This document shows positions 1 to 12,599 of a DNA stretch of 64,000 nucleotides, piece after piece. The position numbers were made by a program, and so were the translations under genes. The notes under the pieces are model-generated. The model saw only the letters and a list, made by a program, of their open reading frames with translations. It was not told the DNA's origin and made no database searches. The DNA lies in contig JAYWIR010000043.1 in assembly GCA_036172245.1 (NCBI GenBank), forward strand, positions 372,001 to 436,000, read 5' to 3'. This stretch comes from Raillietiella orientalis (Eukaryota). The stretch's first letter is position 1. Each line of letters begins with the position of its first letter.

Positions 1-945
1 TCATCCTCGCTGCTGGTACGGGAAGGCGTCCTTGTAGTGCAGTCCATCGGGCTTGCGGATGGCGCCGTTCGTTCCTCCATCCCTGGTCACAACCCGCAAC
101 TCCTCTCGGGAGGAATGAGCTGGGCTTACGCTGACCCACGCGGACCGGCGGGTCTCTCTGAGTGACCTGAGGAGGAGAATCCCGCTCGCACGGCTCCAGT
201 CCTCACCGACGGGGCCATTGTGAGAGAAGACGTGAGGACTGGAGGCCAGGAAAAGTGCAAAACCACCTACCGGCTTATTGGAGAACGGCCACAGATCCTG
301 GGGTCTCTTGAACCCCATTCCGCGTCCAAGAGGCTTCAAGATTACTGTGGACGCGTCCTTCCAGCTGCGGTGAGACCATCCTATCGAAGAACGGAAGCTC
401 TGTGCGCAGCTGCCTCAAGGCAGGGGTATGAGGGCGGAAGGGACCATCGAGAAAAGACATCGAGGCGAGGCCAAAGCAAAGGAGGATGGGGGCGTCGCAG
501 CGCGGCCCAGACACTGGAGGACGGATGTGCCACGAGGAACCTGAAAGCCTACGGAACTGCTGGGGACACCCGATGTCTGGGAGAGGAAGAAGGACGCACC
601 AGCGCTCCGTGTCGTTGCGGCAGAGTTGGCAGAGGACTTGCAAGATGAGACATTCTAGTGACAGAGAAAGAACCGCGGCGATGTCTTTAGCTGGACTCTC
701 GCCTATGTGACACCTCCAGCCCGGGAGGCGGCCGCAGGCACAGCCGGAGCGAGGAGAGGGCATTAGTCCGGATACTTGACTTTTTTTTTCCGGAGGTGCG
801 AGCCAGAGGGAAAGGATAGAAAGGGGTGGTAAGGACCGGACGAGCGCTCCTGCACGGGATCTTCCCGCGTGACAGGATCTGTCCTGCTTCTGCTTCCCAC
901 CTTCACCTTCACCTCTTCCCCGCTGACTTCCCTCCTGCTTTGCAG

Positions 946-1624
946 TGCGACGGGAGGACTCTGGACATCGCGAACGGTCCTTCTCTCCAAGGCATAGCCT
1001 TCCTGAACATTCCTTACACGCACGGGGGGTCCAACCTGTGGGGTGAGACCCACAGTCGGAGGCGGCGTACGCTCCTCAGATGCGCCAAGGGAGGCGGCGG
1101 CTCTCCACGGGACATCAGCTGCGCGGTGCAAGGTTAGTACCGGCTTGCGCATCCGTCGTCATCTCCTTTCCTCTCTGTGTGTGTGTCCCACTCGCTCTCT
1201 GCTCTGGACCAGCTGTTCACTTCTCCCCGCCCCCTTTGCTCCCTTGCGGGAATTGCAGATTTCGGGGACGCGCTCATCGAGGTCATTGGACTGGATAGCT
1301 GCCTACACATGGGGCAGGTGCGCACGGGTCTGCGAGCGTCCGGAAGGAGGCTGGCCCAGTGCTCCTCGGTCTCCATAACGACAATGAAGAGGTTTCCCAT
1401 GCAAATCGACGGGGAGCCGTGGATGCAGGCTCCTTGCAACGTAAGTACCTTTCCTGTCACCCTCTCCCTGACTCCCGCTTTCCTCACTTTCCCCCACACC
1501 CCTTGCGAGCCCGCGGTCCGAGCTTTTCGGGAACGCCCAGATACGGATCACGCACAAGAACCAGGCGCCAATGCTGAAGGCCCCTCCTCCCAGGAAGAAA
1601 CCCAGCTGCTCCTGCATCTCGTGA
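946..1624 (+). CDS. Diacylglycerol kinase, type I (DGK alpha/beta/gamma-like): last three coding exons, accessory domain and C-terminus; upstream exons lie outside the window
   Basis: Exons 946-1132, 1259-1440 and 1541-1624 join through GT-AG introns to give [33 protein letters not shown]...[91 protein letters not shown]. This has the DGK accessory-domain motifs LNIP..GG.NLWG, RRLAQC and [15 protein letters not shown] at ~1911 followed by a T-rich tract is a plausible polyadenylation signal. Confidence 0.95.
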
Positions 1625-3549
1625 AGTGGACGAACCGGCCTTCCGTCAACATGAGGCTCCTTAGAGGCTGCGCTGAGGATTCCATCCCTTTCTCTTCTCC
1701 CTCCCGCCCAACTTCCTCTTTGCCTTCCCTTCCTCCCACTCCCCCCGCTAGAGAGGGAGCTGAGGCGTATGCTCCTCTCCTCACCCGCCTTCGCTACCAA
1801 AGCAGCTCCGACATCACCTCTCCAGCCTCCTTCCCTTCCTTCGAGCAGCCTCTCGCCCAGAAGGGGCGCGCGGGGAGGCTACAGTGGGATGCTGCTCTCA
1901 GGCGCTTCCGATTAAATTTTTTGTTTTGTTTTCTCTTCCTCTGGTGAAGTTTTTTTTTTCATCTCCTTTGGGGTCACTCGGACCATCTCCACAGTCGTGA
2001 GTGAAGGACAGCCACAGCCTGGGTGCTCTGTCCCATCCTTCCCTGTCTAGGATAGTTCCTTTCAGAGGCCCGAGAGAGCTCAGCCACGTGCCAGAATCCA
2101 CCTTCAGGGACGGACAGTGGGAGGCTTCGCCAAACCTCTTTGGCAGAGAGAGCGGGCTCCGAGGCCAGTCAAAGAGGAGCCCAGAGCGTCCCGCAGGCAC
2201 GTCGTGCGGTCCACCTGGGTCTGAACCCCTTTTCCTCTATCTTCTTCCGGGGATCATCCCTCCTCCCTCTCCAGGCGTTTCCCAGTTCCGTCACGGGAAC
2301 GAAGGGAGCGGTGATGCAGGCATGCGGATCCCGAACGAGGCGTGAGGATCCTTCCTCTGGATCGCGGACGCTCTCCGGCCTCTTCCGCTTTGCACCTGCG
2401 CTCGAGCAGTTCTCCTGCACAGACACGGGAGAGGCGAGTCGGATGGGGAGATGCAGGTCTTCGTGCGGACTGAGCGCCCGGACTCCAGCCGCACGAAGGT
2501 AGCGCATCCCTTCCAAATGCAGGGGCCACACAGCACACGCCACACTTCAGCAAAACGTGGTAGGTGCACACATGTGCCAAGCAAACGCCCGGGCCGTACA
2601 GCCGTCGAGACCGGCAGCGCGCGCTGCCGTCCTCTCGAAGCAGGGAGGTGATGGACATCGGGAGCTCACGGAAATTTGCGTAGGCGACACGGGGGTTGGG
2701 AAGGGGAAGCGGCTGTCGCGCTGATTTATTCCCCCTATCCTTTGTCCACACCTCTTCCAGTTGCCCCTCTGAGGAAATCTTGAGAGTTCCTCCTCCCCGC
2801 ACAGCGCTGCTGCACCATCTCTTCGCATCCGCGGGAACCCGTCCTCTCTAGAGAAGCAGAGCTCACCTTCATTTGAGCCGAAGGAGACCCGCGACCTGGT
2901 CAACTGAAACAGCCTTGGCAGCAAGAGCTTCTCCGTTAGCGGTTTTTAGAAAAGCACACATGCGTCCACGAAACTGTGGAAGTCTTGGCAACCAATATTG
3001 TGATGCCAGTTTCATTAAGCCAAGACCCAAGACTTTTCTGGACACTGTTACTCGTCGAAAGCACCCTGGACCAAAATATCCTAAACTCATTTGTGCTGCT
3101 AGGCAGAATAGCGGGGATGGTATTTTTTCTTTTTTTCTACTGTCTGCGAACGAGACATTGGCATCCCTGAGAAATTTCAAGCATGGAAAATAGAAACTCG
3201 GACAACAAAAATTAGTGATTGGATTGATTCGGTTAACTCTATTTCTTTTTCGGTGCTGCTTCTACCTCCGCAAACCTAATAGCCACAAAAACTAGGATTC
3301 TTCTTCTGATGTTCTTGATTCCACTTTTCGAAAGAGCAGGAGCAGTCTTAAGCTGAAGAGGTGAAGTCTTGCTTGCGAAGTCCATGACCCCTCCGCGAGG
3401 AGCTTTGTTAGTTACCCAGATCGCTGTGCTTTGGTGCCCAGGACCATCGTCGGAACAGCAAGTTCCCGGATGGAAAATAGAAAAGGACGTGGAAAAGGGG
3501 GAAAGGGGGAGAAAATAAGTAATCCTATTCCTCGCTCTCCCCTATCCTA

Positions 3550-5990
3550 AAAGGATAGGGGAGAAGAAGAAATACGATTACTTGGGATCCACACATTCAC
3601 TTCCATTGATGCGAGAAGAGTGGCCGGTGACTCGGCCACCTGTGGATGCAGCACAACACATTGGAAGCGTGTCAGTTCTGTGCTGGACATTGCATACCCG
3701 GAAGGAGTGAGTAGTAGTTGGGCCGAGTAGCAGACAACGTGCTCAAGAGACGTCAGTAATTGCTGCTCATCAAGAAACTTCCAAGCCTCATCCAGGTTTA
3801 GAAGTCCAGACATCACGTCCACGAGAGATGCTCTTCATTGGACCGATTTCTCTTTTGCCTCTACATGAGCACCAATTGTGCCAGCTCTTCTGAAGTTTCT
3901 CCGCTCGCGAACCTGTTGTTCAGGGTAGTTCCCTCTTCCGTAGAACAAGCCATCCTTCTCTGGAAGACGGAGTCATCCAAAAGATTCTCGGTGCCATGAG
4001 AAAACAGAAGAAGCAGGATGGTTCAAGAAGTCTTTCCTTCCGCTTTGGAATTTACCGCGCAAGCGAATGAGTGGCTCATGGGACTAGCTAGTGGAATCCG
4101 ATTTTCCACGAAGTGATTGTGCATACTCGGCCACAAGAGTGGCAGCTGCAGGTGATGGAACAGCATGAATATTCTCTTCCTTAGTGTTTCGACCTTTTCA
4201 AGAGGCAGAGTCGTTAACAGCATCTCCATGATTGCCAGACTAAACTCATAAAAGCAGCTTCCCCTCTCTAATTCTTCTGCCAATGTCCTGCACACAAGTG
4301 CAGACAGCATCGTGATGCTTTCTGTTTCCCTTGTCTTGTTTTTTCTCAGGAAGAATCGAAAGTTGATCCATTCTAACGTTTCGCTTTCATAGTATGCGTA
4401 TAGTATGAGTGGTCGTATCCATCCGAAGGTGTTCTTGTAGCGTGTGAAGCCAAGATCGGATAAATCCTTCGTTTCCTCCTCCCTCGCATCCTGTCCATCT
4501 CTCGGAGCCCCGTGGCATTCTGTATAGCCAACAAGGTGCTCCATCCCACCTACGAGCGCTCTGTCATTCTCTGACAGCTCGGCATACACGCATGCAAAGT
4601 CGAAAATGCTGAGATGAGCGGTCGAAGGGGCGGTCGAGGAGGTCGGTGTGTTTTCGACCTTTCAGAAAATTCTAGCTCTGTTCTGAGGAACTGGACCAGT
4701 TTTCAGAGGTAGGGGAAGGCATTTCGGTGAGCGTTCCTCGCACAAACCACTTCTCGTCTCATGCTGTCTTCCCCAGTGGATGCTCAGAGGAGCGTTGCCT
4801 TCCGACAGAATGAGCTGATCATGAGGGCTGAGAGACGTGTGCAAAGCCATCAGTTAAATAAGGATACCAAGTGATCATTGCGTTCAGTGGAATTTATTAA
4901 GTCGTTTCTAGAGGAATTTCGTAGACGCCTCAATAACAAGATTTCTCCTTCCTTCGCATTACCGTTGTGCACCGTTCGCATTGCCCGTCAGAGGGAGGGT
5001 GAACGCATCAGCAGAAACCAAGTAACGCACCAGTTGGTGGATATTTTGGAGAACGGCGTCTCTTGGTTACTGGGTGTGTCAGGTGTGTGCATCCAGTTAG
5101 CAGATAGGCTCCTGCGATTAAAGTGCATAACGATAAAGATCTGCTCGAGAATGACACGAAAAGAAAGGTGCGCGACTGACAGACGCACATGCAGAATTCA
5201 TCTGTAAGTGTCGAAAAGATCAGTGATCCTCTGCCTCAGATTTCTTGCTTCCACTGCAGACAGATGGAGTTTATGGCTCGTTCAGAACAGAAAGTCATAC
5301 TGAAGTCGTACCGGTGATAGACCCAATTCCTGCTCATTAAGTCCCTAATGGAGAAGCATCCATCCTCAATGAGAAGTGTCATTTACTTTTTCAGTGCTCG
5401 AGAGTCCCTCCTTTTATTTGAATTGAGACTGACAAAGGCGTTCCTCTTGATGCTCAGTCTTCTATGTTATAGTGCTGATGTTGAGTGACCGATAGATCCA
5501 GATAGATCCGGTGCTAGAGGAACAGCCAGAATAACTTTTGCTGTAAAACCCTTGTTACTTTGACGTCCCAATTTCAAATCAGCAACATTCATATGAGAAG
5601 TTTCCTATGCCCAAAGGTGCAGTGGATGATTAAAACAACACGAAACCAGTGCATCTTATCTCATCCAGTAGCAGAGCAACCAGAAACCGAGTGACCCCGA
5701 AAATTTTCTTAGTTACTCCGCAATAACTCTAAAAAATGTGGACGTTTGAAAGTGTATTTCTCATGAGTTCCTTTACCTCAAGGATAGCTCTGCTTCCGTG
5801 AAACAGCCGAAGTCCGATGCTATTTCCACTCTTTTTGCAGCTCCTTTCCGCATCATAAGTTCAAAGTTCCATCCTCTGGGGTGGCCGTGAGTTTCCCATG
5901 GACCAAGGCATAATGCTGCACTCAGGCTGACGCAAGAGAAGCTCTCCTCCATTGCGAGCAAGGATCGAGCATCTTGGATGCATTGACATT
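3550..5990 (-). pseudogene. Endogenous viral element (EVE): decayed bunya-like L polymerase, region downstream of the RdRp core
   Basis: Residual ORF 4023-4589 contains FTRYKNTFGWIR...WINFRFFLRK...SITMLSALV, matching the pattern (F.W...FR.F...S..L.A.V) of the C-terminal half of phenuivirus-type L. HGHPRGWNFELMMRKG at ~5843-5890 resembles the G-P-x-EL-xx-G segment that follows motif E. Intronless, with many stops and frameshifts. Confidence 0.55.
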
Positions 5991-6462
5991 GCCTCACTTT
6001 TGGAAAATGGTGCGATATTAGCTGATGGAGCTGTCACGGAGCTCTATAAGATTTATGGACGGAAGCTGTCCTCCGTCAGAGATATTCTCGAGTGCGCACC
6101 TTTCTACCCAATGCGTTTATTTAGGTTCTTAAGAGAATGGCGGATCACCCATTAAGGAGCCACTTCGAACGAAGCAAGAAACCTGCTGATGCTTGCCTTC
6201 CAGATGCTCAAAGGCTCCATTTGGGGGGAACTCTGGTGCGAAGTTATTCTATCTCGCTGTTCTAACGTACACGGGCATGTACAGAGTTCAGACAGGAGCA
6301 GAATTTCATCTGATGTCCAAAACTCTGCTTGAGCTGATAGGCGTTTCTTGCTGTTTAATAGACTTTACGAATGAAATTCCTGAGGTGGAAGACAGGTCAA
6401 AGCAAGTAGAAATTCTCTCACCGCATAGGAGGAACTCACCGACATCGTCGAATCGGAAATAA
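5990..6462 (+). pseudogene. EVE: short bunya-like L fragment in the opposite orientation to its neighbour
   Basis: ELYKIYGRKLSSVRDILECAPFYPMRLFRFLRE...KAPFGG resembles the same L segment (E..L...PF.....FR.F...AP) as the 4023-4589 ORF but with a different sequence. Confidence 0.4.
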
Positions 6463-7176
6463 AGTTTTCCCACTTTTGGTGAGATTTTGGCTGCGCTTCA
6501 GAATCTTCTTCTTCAGTTCGCTGTTTCCCATTTCGTCGAGCCTGAAAAGAGAATTTGAATTTTTTGTTTTCCCCCTCTCTTACTGTGAAAATTATGAGCT
6601 CATTACAAACGTGCGCGTGGAAATTCGAGCCTATTGCTCTATCAACCTCACTTTCGAAGTCTTTTCAAAGTCGCGGTAGTGCACGCTGTGATTGGGCAGT
6701 GTCCCGACGCTTGTCAGTGTTCTCATTTAGGTTTCCCGTGTGTTCAGTACAGTACAAACAGTACGCCTTGGTATCAGACCTGTGAAAACTACTTTTTTTT
6801 TTTTTTTTTTTTTGGTAATGGCATGAAAACGGAGCTGCGTGCCTGTAAACTAAATCAGCGCTGCCTTGCAATGGTGTGCCGATGACGAGACAATCGCCAT
6901 TTATATTTTATAGCGCAGACGTGCAGTTTTTGCTTGCAGCTGTTCATTGAAATGCTGGATGTATGTGTCAAGTGTTCGTGATTTGGAAAAGGATGCTGAG
7001 CAGAACAAACTCTCGAAGAGAAAGGCACAGTTGGTTCTCTGGGCGTTTAGAAAATGACAGAGGCCGAGCTGCCATTTTCTTTGTCATCTCCAATTCTGCA
7101 TATTTTGTGCTCAGCGTTTACGCCTGTGCATTTGCATGATTTTCTATTCACGCTGGGATCATTGGGTGAATGGTGA

Positions 7177-8216
7177 TTGACAAGTTTTCTTCAGAGTGAT
7201 GTCAGTCACTGTCTAAAAGTGTCAGGAGTGCGCACCGCCTGCGTCGTGCTGCTCACAGGAAACCAGGAGGTCATCTTCAGGGTTCGTACTTGGGACTGCT
7301 ACTCTCATGGCGACTCGTCCTTCAATCACAAAAAGATACGCGCTTCAAGCACGCAGGAGACAGCAACCTTCAAGGAAGAATCAAGTCATCCAAAGCACAA
7401 CAAGAGTACAAGGGTATATTTCATCTGAGGTTGAGGCATTCCTGTTTCGTGATGGAATGAAAGGATAGTTGCTGTCGTCGATAACAAGTTCTGAACACTT
7501 CAAGAATCCCTATCTCTCGTCTCGTTCAGGGTACTGCCCATCTAATCAAGTTATGCATGGTATGATTATTCAAGGCATGATTCCATCTCCTAGCGGTCGC
7601 AGAGACCGTACCTTCCTGTAGTCGCCCTCAGCATCGGAATGCGGTCCACTACAAGGACCTCAAGACACAGCTGGAGGCAGCCCTGAAAGCAGTTCCGAAA
7701 GATGAGGAGCAGAGAAGCATTATAATGAGGTCTCTTCTATTTGGGGATGAAGTTGGATTCTCTGGATCAGCAGCTCACGGAATTCATATCAGAGTCATCA
7801 TCAACTGAGAAAATGTGTTTATTACTTTATTTAGAATTTGCATGTCTACCGGAGTATGCGGATGAGAAATCGGTCCGAAATGAGCATTCGCTGTAGCTGG
7901 CATTCATCCCTGCTTCTCAGTCTGGCTCCATAAAACAGAAGAGCACTCAAGGTTTCTTGATTTGTGGCGGCTCTGGTCGAGAACAAGGCTTTACACTCAG
8001 TCAATCAGCATAGACGCAAATTCTAGGTTGCCTGGCACTTCTGTGAGCCTATTGGCAACTTTTTGTCAGGAAAGGTCGGGGTTCAAACTGCTGAAATGGC
8101 TGGATAAGGTATGGATGAAGTTCCTGTCTCTTCCGTGCTTTCAAACTGGGCAGAAAGAAAAGGATGGATCCATTTTCATCCCACACGAGTGTTTTCCATG
8201 CCTTCTCTTGCTATGA
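7177..8216 (+). pseudogene. Possible EVE: bunya-like L fragment upstream of the RdRp core
   Basis: Broken but protein-like frames; SRTRLYTQSISIDANS...LLATF...RSGFKLLKWL loosely resembles the R-Y-x-x-x-S segment of L. Weak single-motif support. Confidence 0.3.
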
Positions 8217-8219
8217 ATT

Positions 8220-10620
8220 ATTCAAATTAAATCCATTATAATCCTTAGATGATCGTTCTCAAATTCTTCCAGCTGCAGGCAGGACTGGAGTTTCGAAGGA
8301 AGACAAATACAGTAAGCAAGGAACGAGGAGATAGGTCGTGTGAAAAGGAGAAATGTCACGGTCTTCTTAGGAGTCTGCATGCAAGCATTTGATCCTTTGG
8401 ATTTGAACTTTCTTCGTGGCATTCTATCGTTTGCTGCGCCAGCACTACACCAGGACCACCGACTACCCATTTGGCCGAGGTGCTTTTTCGGCCTCCACAT
8501 GGCCAAAATGCCGCGTACATAACAGTGTGGCACGGAACCTTTCCTAGGAGGCGTATGAAATCTGGAAGTGGGAGAGTTCTTTTGGCGGTGTCGAGTGCTC
8601 AAGCAGGTTTCCTTCTCCAAGGTGGGGTGCCTTTATTCTGGAGAGTATGTCTTCTATGTGCCTTATTTGCGTCTTTGTTCTGGAAGCTGGTGCTAAGCAG
8701 ATTTTCACAGACTTGCAGACTCGACAGCAGCTCCTGCTAGGAGCAGTTTTCCCCACACCTATGCTGTTCTTTGCAAGAAGTGGTGTCGAATCTGATTATG
8801 TGCCTCTCTGGTGCAGTCGCAGAATAACCGTCATATAGTTCTTCAGTGGTATGATTCATCCCTTCAGAAAGTAGCTAGGGTCTACGATGAGCTCCTGTTT
8901 GACTTCCGACGTGTCTCTGCTGTGCCAACTTTCACGGGTTTATTAGACGCCTTCGATTTTGTATGATGTTTCCTATGAGACTGGTTTCTGCAGTTGCTCG
9001 TAGAGGTTCATGGTGCATAGGCGAGACGCCAGATGTCTTAGGTTGGATGCTTCTCAGCTTCCCGATAGTTCAATCATCTTGAAACAAAGTTTCCCCACTG
9101 AGAACCTCCTGCGGCCCAGATGCACTGTTTAATGGCTGAAGAATACATGCAGATGCTTTCCAAAAAAACACACAACGGGTTCGTAGAGGGGAAGTTAACA
9201 GTCCTTACATCTGTCACATCTGCGAAGAAAAAGCGATGCGATTCCTTCCTCCCCAAGTCGTTTTGGAAAACTCTTGTCAGAATGCATTGGTCTCCTGTCG
9301 AATTCTTAGAGAATTTTTAGGACTGGGATGACAGCTTCATGTGTCTCTAAGTCAATGAATGGGAACATGATTCTATGCCTACTGCCCATCAAGTCTTTGG
9401 GATGTATCTCTGATCTTGAGTGACGCAGAAGACGTTTTATAGCAGTTGCTGGAATGTGCACGCGCCCACAGCACTCAATTACAGGAGGGGCGGAGTGAGC
9501 AAAAAGTAATCGATGCAAGCGTGAGTGACTAAGAGATCACGCACTCAGCCGTTCGTGTAGCGAAAATCCTCCATCCCGGAAGAAATTGAGGGAGCCCCTC
9601 TCCTTATCTGGGCAGCAACGCACCAAGCTGTAGTATGCGCAAATGCCCCCTGTCGCTCCTCCAGGGTTCAAGAACAAGTGGCCTCAGTGAGCTCGTCACG
9701 ACTTCCCGTGCGGCCTTGCCGCCACTGGTCCGGACTTCGATTTCAGTCTTTTCGCCTGCATGTCTTTCTCCTCCACAGGCTATCTCGAAGTAGTCTTCGG
9801 GCTAGGATGCCTGACTCGACATTGCTAGCGACAGGAGGAGTAATCTGCATAGTTTATCCACAGAGAGTGAGGATTGAGGAGAGGGACGTCAGGCCTTTCA
9901 AGATGTTCAACCATCTCTTCGGAATCGCATCCAAGAGCATCCGGTCCAGGGTTTGTCTCTTTCCTTTTCCATGCCTTGAAAGGATATTTTTGAAAAGAAA
10001 AATATCCTTTCAAGGCAGTACCGGCAGACGCTTTAGCACAGGCAGCACAACGTAGGTCTGCATGCCATCATGCATTCAAAGTGATTGCATTATCTGGAGT
10101 TCTTGAACGAAATGGACGAGCGATTTTTGCAGTGATCCGGTAGTAGCCTCAATATTCTGGGACTTTTTCGTGGCTTCTGGGTTCCTTGGTCGCATTTTTT
10201 AGAACGTTCACGCCCTTAAGCAATGGAAGCCTGCTCCGACCTGAGAATGGATTTGTCAGTTCACAGTTTGGCATCTATTTTTACTGAGCCGACTTGATGT
10301 CGTTTATTTGCTCAGATTGAGCAGCGATCTGTTTTTCAAGAAGGACAACCCTGGCTGACCACAAGGAACGCAAGCACTTACCTCTTGTATGAGCGACGGT
10401 GTCCATGGTGCATCAAGAGCTGAAAAACGAATTCTGCCTCATGGGAATTGTCTCAGCGCTGTTGTGCTGTACCACTTTTTCATATTAAATACATGAAAAC
10501 CCAGAAAAACTGTTACACTAATACCAGACATCAATCCATGTGAGACGAACCTTGTAATCGGCAGTTTGTAGGGGAGTATTAGAAGGTGAATGGGGGTCAC
10601 CGTCGAGGAAAGAAATGATG
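8220..10620 (-). pseudogene. EVE: decayed bunya-like L polymerase spanning the pre-core region and RdRp motifs F to D
   Basis: Colinear on the minus strand: TRFVSHGLMSG (~10523-10555); LTNPFSGRS (10233-10259); TKEPRSHE (~10167-10190); motif-F-like IHPKDLMGSRHRI...IDLET (~9342-9407); motif-B-like EGMNHTTEELY (~8834-8866); frameshifted motif-C-like LEHS/DTAK (8581-8603); motif-D-like GRKST (8479-8493). The order matches L proteins, but the B-to-C spacing is longer than usual. Confidence 0.65.
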
Positions 10621-11414
10621 ATGGAGAGTGCAAGCTTGGCACTTGCGTTCCGACATGAGTGAAGCGGAACAGCATATGTGAGGGGAAGGCTGGAGGGAGG
10701 TTCAGGTCACCTGGTCATTTGTTTCCGCTATGTAATCTGGTTTCAGCATTTGGAGCATCCGTCTCGCGTGCTCCCGATGCTCTTCTTCGAGCATACATAA
10801 AACCGATGTCGGAAGAAACGCCATCTTTGCCAGAACACCTGCCTTGCTCGCGCCGCTCCTCTCCCACCTTCTGCCGCAGCCAACGCGAGCTTTCTCTATG
10901 CTGCATCAGGTATCCCTCTCCCAAGTTGCCGCTACTCCTCTTGGGGTTCATTCTCTGACCACTGGCAGGATCAAGGAATGCTGGGGAGGGGGTAAAGGGA
11001 CGATGGCTTGAGCTGTAACGCTCTTTTCTCGAGCACAGAGAGATGGCTCTTTCTTTTATTAAGCGGCACCAGAAAGCACCTACATGTGGCGGACTCTGGT
11101 TTTATTGGACTTGGTTAACTCTTATGCATCCTATTTTACGGTAAGCGGAACCTTTGTGCGGCTCATGAAAGGAGGTTTGCCCCACGAACCGACCCTCAAC
11201 CTTGAACAGGTCGAGAATTTGCCTTTACCCGAGCTGCTGCTAATCCGCTGAATGCCCCGTAGGTGATATCTGGTTTCGGAGTGCGCCATAATGGGCATGG
11301 ATGGTGCCAAAGCGAGCGACTTTTGGTTTGCATTGCACCAATGAACAGTCGAGAATTCATCCAGTCCGCACGCACGGATGCCGTAGCCACACGCCCGCGT
11401 TGGTGGTCCATGCT

Positions 11415-11620
11415 GAGGGCCGTGTGGTTACCGTGTCCGCGCGTGGTGCTAAGTGTCGCGGGTTCCAATCCCTCCCGGGGAAAGGTCGACGTCGATGGCG
11501 GAAGCTGAATTGTGGGTTTCGAGTCCCCTTGTGCAGGATGACGCTGGCTTCGGGTGAGGCACTAGTGTAAGCCGGACGTCCCCGTTGACCGAGATTAAAA
11601 GTCGACTCTTCGTGGTCCTC
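11415..11620 (+). mobile_element. Possible tRNA-derived SINE or tRNA pseudogene head
   Basis: GGCCGTGTGGTTA...GTCGCGGGTTCCAATCCC has an A-box-like segment and a near-consensus B box (GGTTCCAATCC, 11461-11471) at tRNA-like spacing. No complete cloverleaf and no second copy seen in the window. Confidence 0.35.
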
Positions 11621-11751
11621 CCAGGAATCAAGGAGCTCTTCGGGGTTTCTCCTTCGGTGGTGAACATGGAACCGTTTCGTGGGGCTGGTTGCTACTCCTC
11701 TCGGGGGCTTGCCTCTCCGGAAGCACGCTTAAAAGAAATCCGGAAGCGTCC

Positions 11752-11871
11752 CTTCTGGGTTCTCTTCAGAGGAGAAAACAGGGAGCGGTTCCCTTGCAGG
11801 GGTTCCCTCTGGAAAAGAAACGAGGAGTGGTCCCTGCGGGGGATCCCTCTGGAGGGAATAAGGAAGTCGAT
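11752..11871. repeat. Imperfect ~40-bp tandem repeat, about 3 units
   Basis: Units cttctgggttctcttcagaggagaaaacagggagcggttcc / cttgcaggggttccctctggaaaagaaacgaggagtggtcc / ctgcgggggatccctctggagggaataaggaagtcgatcc. Confidence 0.55.
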
Positions 11872-12599
11872 CCTTCCAAGATTCCCTCCAGAGACTACAA
11901 CCAGGGTGAGGGGAATGGACCCCTTCCTCCGGAGCCTTCCTGTATTCCTTGCCAGAGGCAGTTCAGCAGTTGAGTATCCCGTGGATCCTCGGTGAGCAGC
12001 AATAAAGTTCAGTTCGCAGGGGGATTTTTCGTGCGGGAGATTCTCTTGCCTGGACTCCATGGGAACACTTATGAGGAAGTGAATCAGCTCGGCACTTGGT
12101 CACTCGTTTTCATCTTCTGGCTATTACAGATCGATGCTCGCTCTCTGTTGAGGTTTCCGGGAGAAACCCCAAGGGCCTGAGTGCCGGGCGGCTCCTCAGC
12201 GGGGCACTTTCTAAAGAGAACAGCGCACCCACGCAGCTCGTCTCAGACGAGCGCTGGGATGACGTTGCTATTGCGACGTTCTCCCAGGTCTAGCATCCTT
12301 GGAAGAGCCTGGAGTTCATGGATCCATGAATTTCACCTCGACAGCACTGCTCTGCGGCAGTCTTTGGACACCAGTTGTCACACTTATCACAAGATCACAA
12401 TCATTGAGTTTCTACTCTCCAAGAAAAATCTACAGATTGGTGATCACCCTGTCACACGGTACCATTTAACTCACAAGACAGGATTTCCGAACTGTAGGGA
12501 ATGAAACCAAGGAGGAGGAAGTGTCACAAGAAGAATTGCGGTAGACAGTGAACGTAGCGAGTAGAGTTTAACGTATAAAGTCAAGTGGTTTGCTCATAA

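Noticed and set aside
1..945. Long overlapping ORFs at the window start, including an MCHEEPESL knuckle-like string
   Set aside because: GC-rich sequence inside the DGK intron. Possibly a non-LTR relic, but a single degenerate motif is not enough to call it.
1607..1624. DGK C-terminus CSCIS as a CaaX prenylation signal
   Set aside because: The cysteines are at -3 and -5, not at -4.
1177..1947. 256-aa ORF treated as one protein
   Set aside because: Only 1259-1440 is coding in that frame; the rest is intron or 3' UTR read-through.
5190..5890. Mononegaviral L interpretation (GHP ... KQEI*GRG..F)
   Set aside because: No downstream D-x-x-K-W-N, EG..QK or GDNQ motifs were found, and the adjacent 4023-4589 ORF fits a bunya-like L better.
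8420..8500. VGGPGVV resembling a Merlin/IS1595 transposase
   Set aside because: It lacks the following V-E-I-D-E motif and terminal repeats, and it lies within the colinear L-like tract.
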